A DNA stretch of 64,000 nt, from positions 16,718,848 to 16,782,847 of the forward strand of contig NC_068985.1 in the NCBI RefSeq assembly GCF_001194135.2. Reading direction: 5' to 3'. A program made the position numbers and the translations under genes. The DNA is from Octopus bimaculoides. Taxonomy: Eukaryota. The notes beneath the pieces were generated by a model that was not told the DNA's origin, did no database searches, and was given only the letters and a program-made list of their open reading frames with translations. Position 1 is the first letter of the stretch. Each line of letters opens with the position of its first letter. Positions 61,872 to 64,000 of this stretch are shown piece after piece.

Positions 61872-63209
61872 TATTATTTTTATGATTGGAAATCTTAATA
61901 GTTTACTTTATATCATGGACTGCTAATATTTGTGTGATGAAAACTAATTCCAGTCTTAACAACATGGAAAATTTTGGTGAAAACTGTTTCAAAGAATTTA
62001 TAAAAAATAGAACATTAAATGATCGCTCTGCTGCCAAGGATTAAATAACTACAAAACACTGAGAGTTGTCATGTGATAAATGAGATAGAAATAATTTTTT
62101 AAAAGTCTAAGTAGCTTGCACTGTGTCACTGTAAGTGTGCTAGTGTGAGTGGACTGAATATACTGGAGGTGCTTTGGTGTAATGCTTAGTGCAGTAATTT
62201 GGATTATGGCAAATGTATAATGGCATGGACAGTTTTGTGTGCATGTTTTGCTAATTTGAGTCCGTGTTTGTAAAGTGTCTGTTTAATGTGTGTGTGTGTA
62301 ATCATCCTCATTTAATGTCCGTTTTCCAAGCTGGCATGGGTTGGACAGTTTGAGAGGGGCTGGCTAAGCAGAAGACTGCACCAGGCTTCACTGTCTGTTT
62401 TGGCATATAAATATATATATATATAACACACATTTTTATCTTTGTCTCAGTTGAACATAGCTTATTATGAAGAGGCTCTCTCAGGGCATATGAGCAAATG
62501 GATGAGTTTAATTGCTTGAGTTAATATACAACAGTTGTTGTACAAGCCCCTTAGAACTGATGATAAATTTGTTTTGTGTCATATAAAATAATACGTCATT
62601 GTGTGTGTGTACACGTATGTGTATGCACATTTGTATGTTTTTATTTATTGATTTACTTCTCTCAATTATATAAGAGCCAGAAACTAATACTTTAATTCTC
62701 TTTCCCTCTTCAATTGTTGTTAACTCCTTCTTCATGCCTAATGTTGAACTGGTTTATTATTTTGATTGTGTATAAGAATTGGGAAGCTCTAAATAGGTCT
62801 TTCATTGGTATATTTATAAATACGTTTAATAGTTGACCCACACATTGCTCTATATAAATTATTCATGTTGATAAAGGTTAAAGATGTTTGTGAAATATAG
62901 TTGTCTCATTTCTGAGAGAAGCGAGCTATTATTGTTGAAATTTACTAACAAAAGAAATGACAATATTTACTGCTCTGTAGGGACATTTTTTTGTAGTGCC
63001 ATGAAGATGATGAAATTTCATTTGTGGGTACTACAAAAGAGTAGGTTAGATGTCAACTTTATGGGAGGATTTATTTCAGAGATTCAAATTTAGTTGGTAT
63101 ATATTCTATAGCTGATTGAATGGTAAGTACCTCATGGATTGTATGTTAAAATCTATTAGTGAGCTGATGTACTGTAACTTAGTAGCACTTGTGTCTGCAT
63201 TCATTTTAG

Positions 63210-63313
63210 ATGAATTGGGTCAGCTCCAATCAGTGATGCCACAGCGCTACAAAGGGAAACCAACCACACACAATTTTCAGACATCTAAATTGGAAATTGT
63301 CAATTGGTTGTGA
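63210..63313 (+). CDS. Weak candidate terminal exon ELGQLQSVMPQRYKGKPTTHNFQTSKLEIVNWL*
   Basis: cattcattttag acceptor; frame also open upstream to 63116; cannot be joined cleanly to the donor at 63123. Confidence 0.2.
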
Positions 63314-63825
63314 TTCCATATTGATGCTTTTGTAGCTAAGGGTGCATTTTCCTTTATTCTTTTAATATATGGAGCAGACATGGCTGTGTGTTGGTCACCT
63401 GACCATGTGGTTTCAAGTTCAGCTTCTTTCAATTTCCATATACCAAATCCACTCACAAAGCTTTTGTCAGTCTGAGGTTATAGTCGAAGACATTTGGTCA
63501 ACGTGCCACTCAGACTGAATCCAGAACCATGTGGTTGGGAAGCAAACTTCTCAAAAAAGTTTTTTAATTTGTTATATGAGATTTCAGTTTTACTCATATA
63601 TATATGTGTGTGTGTTTGTGGTAAATGTTAAAATTATTTTAACATTAAACTGATGGATTTCTATTTCTTTATTTTTTGTTTTGTAGAGTACAGCTTTAAG
63701 TTTTACAAATAAAAAGGCTAACAACTCTGAAATTTTAGTTTGCTCACCCTTATCAGATAGTCTGACAAAGGCGAGCAAGTTGAAACTTCTAAGTTGCTGC
63801 TAACCTTTTCCTTGTAATATATATA

Positions 63826-63930
63826 TCATCATCATCATCATCGTTTAACGTCTGCTTTCCATGCTAGCATGGGTTGGACGATTTGACTGAGGACTGGTGA
63901 AACCGGATGGCAACACCAGGCTCCAATCTA
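63826..63930 (-). mobile_element. SINE family B 3' fragment, young
   Basis: Nearly identical to 25406-25510. Confidence 0.85.
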
Positions 63931-64000
63931 ATTATATATATATATATGTATATATACATATATATATATATGTATATATACATACAGAAGTGTGACGAAA

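Noticed and set aside
1510-63778. Most ORFs in the supplied six-frame track (HT/YI/CV-rich, poly-X, MAEFLQLD..., PRTMWL...)
   Set aside because: They are read-throughs of microsatellites, N-gaps or recurrent SINE sequence, not genes.

Overview
AT-rich, repeat-dense eukaryotic DNA with four N-gaps (5750-5759, 11011-11359, 21980-22075, 35882-36131). The SINE families match ones I recall from octopus genomes, so this is probably Octopus; that is recognition from memory, not a search. Much of the window is tRNA-derived or LINE-tailed SINEs (at least five families) and microsatellites. It also holds decayed LINEs (RTE-type, an I/Jockey-like RT, and three R4/Dong-like restriction-endonuclease LINE pieces), DNA-transposon remnants (Tigger/pogo and maT transposase fragments) and MITEs (Tc2/pogo, piggyBac, hAT-Charlie, Helitron-like). 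A CpG-retaining zone at about 34.4-37.8 kb with ETS and YY1 motifs and splice donors on both strands looks like a bidirectional promoter. To its right I can build a phase-consistent plus-strand exon chain (45148-55991) for a protein I cannot name. To its left there is a weaker plus-strand chain (13822-17261) plus isolated minus-strand exon candidates. All exon calls are by-eye and uncertain, and almost all ORFs in the supplied track are spurious microsatellite or SINE read-throughs. The most unusual structures are a palindromic MITE carrying inward-facing TTAGGG/CCCTAA arrays (12538-12924), a tRNA-headed repeat with a decayed hammerhead-ribozyme fold (7941-8250), and two adjacent intronic dsRNA-forming inverted repeats (39245-41680 and 41723-41878). 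I found no CRISPR, rRNA or intact tRNA gene, and no clearly novel complete biological system that I can support.
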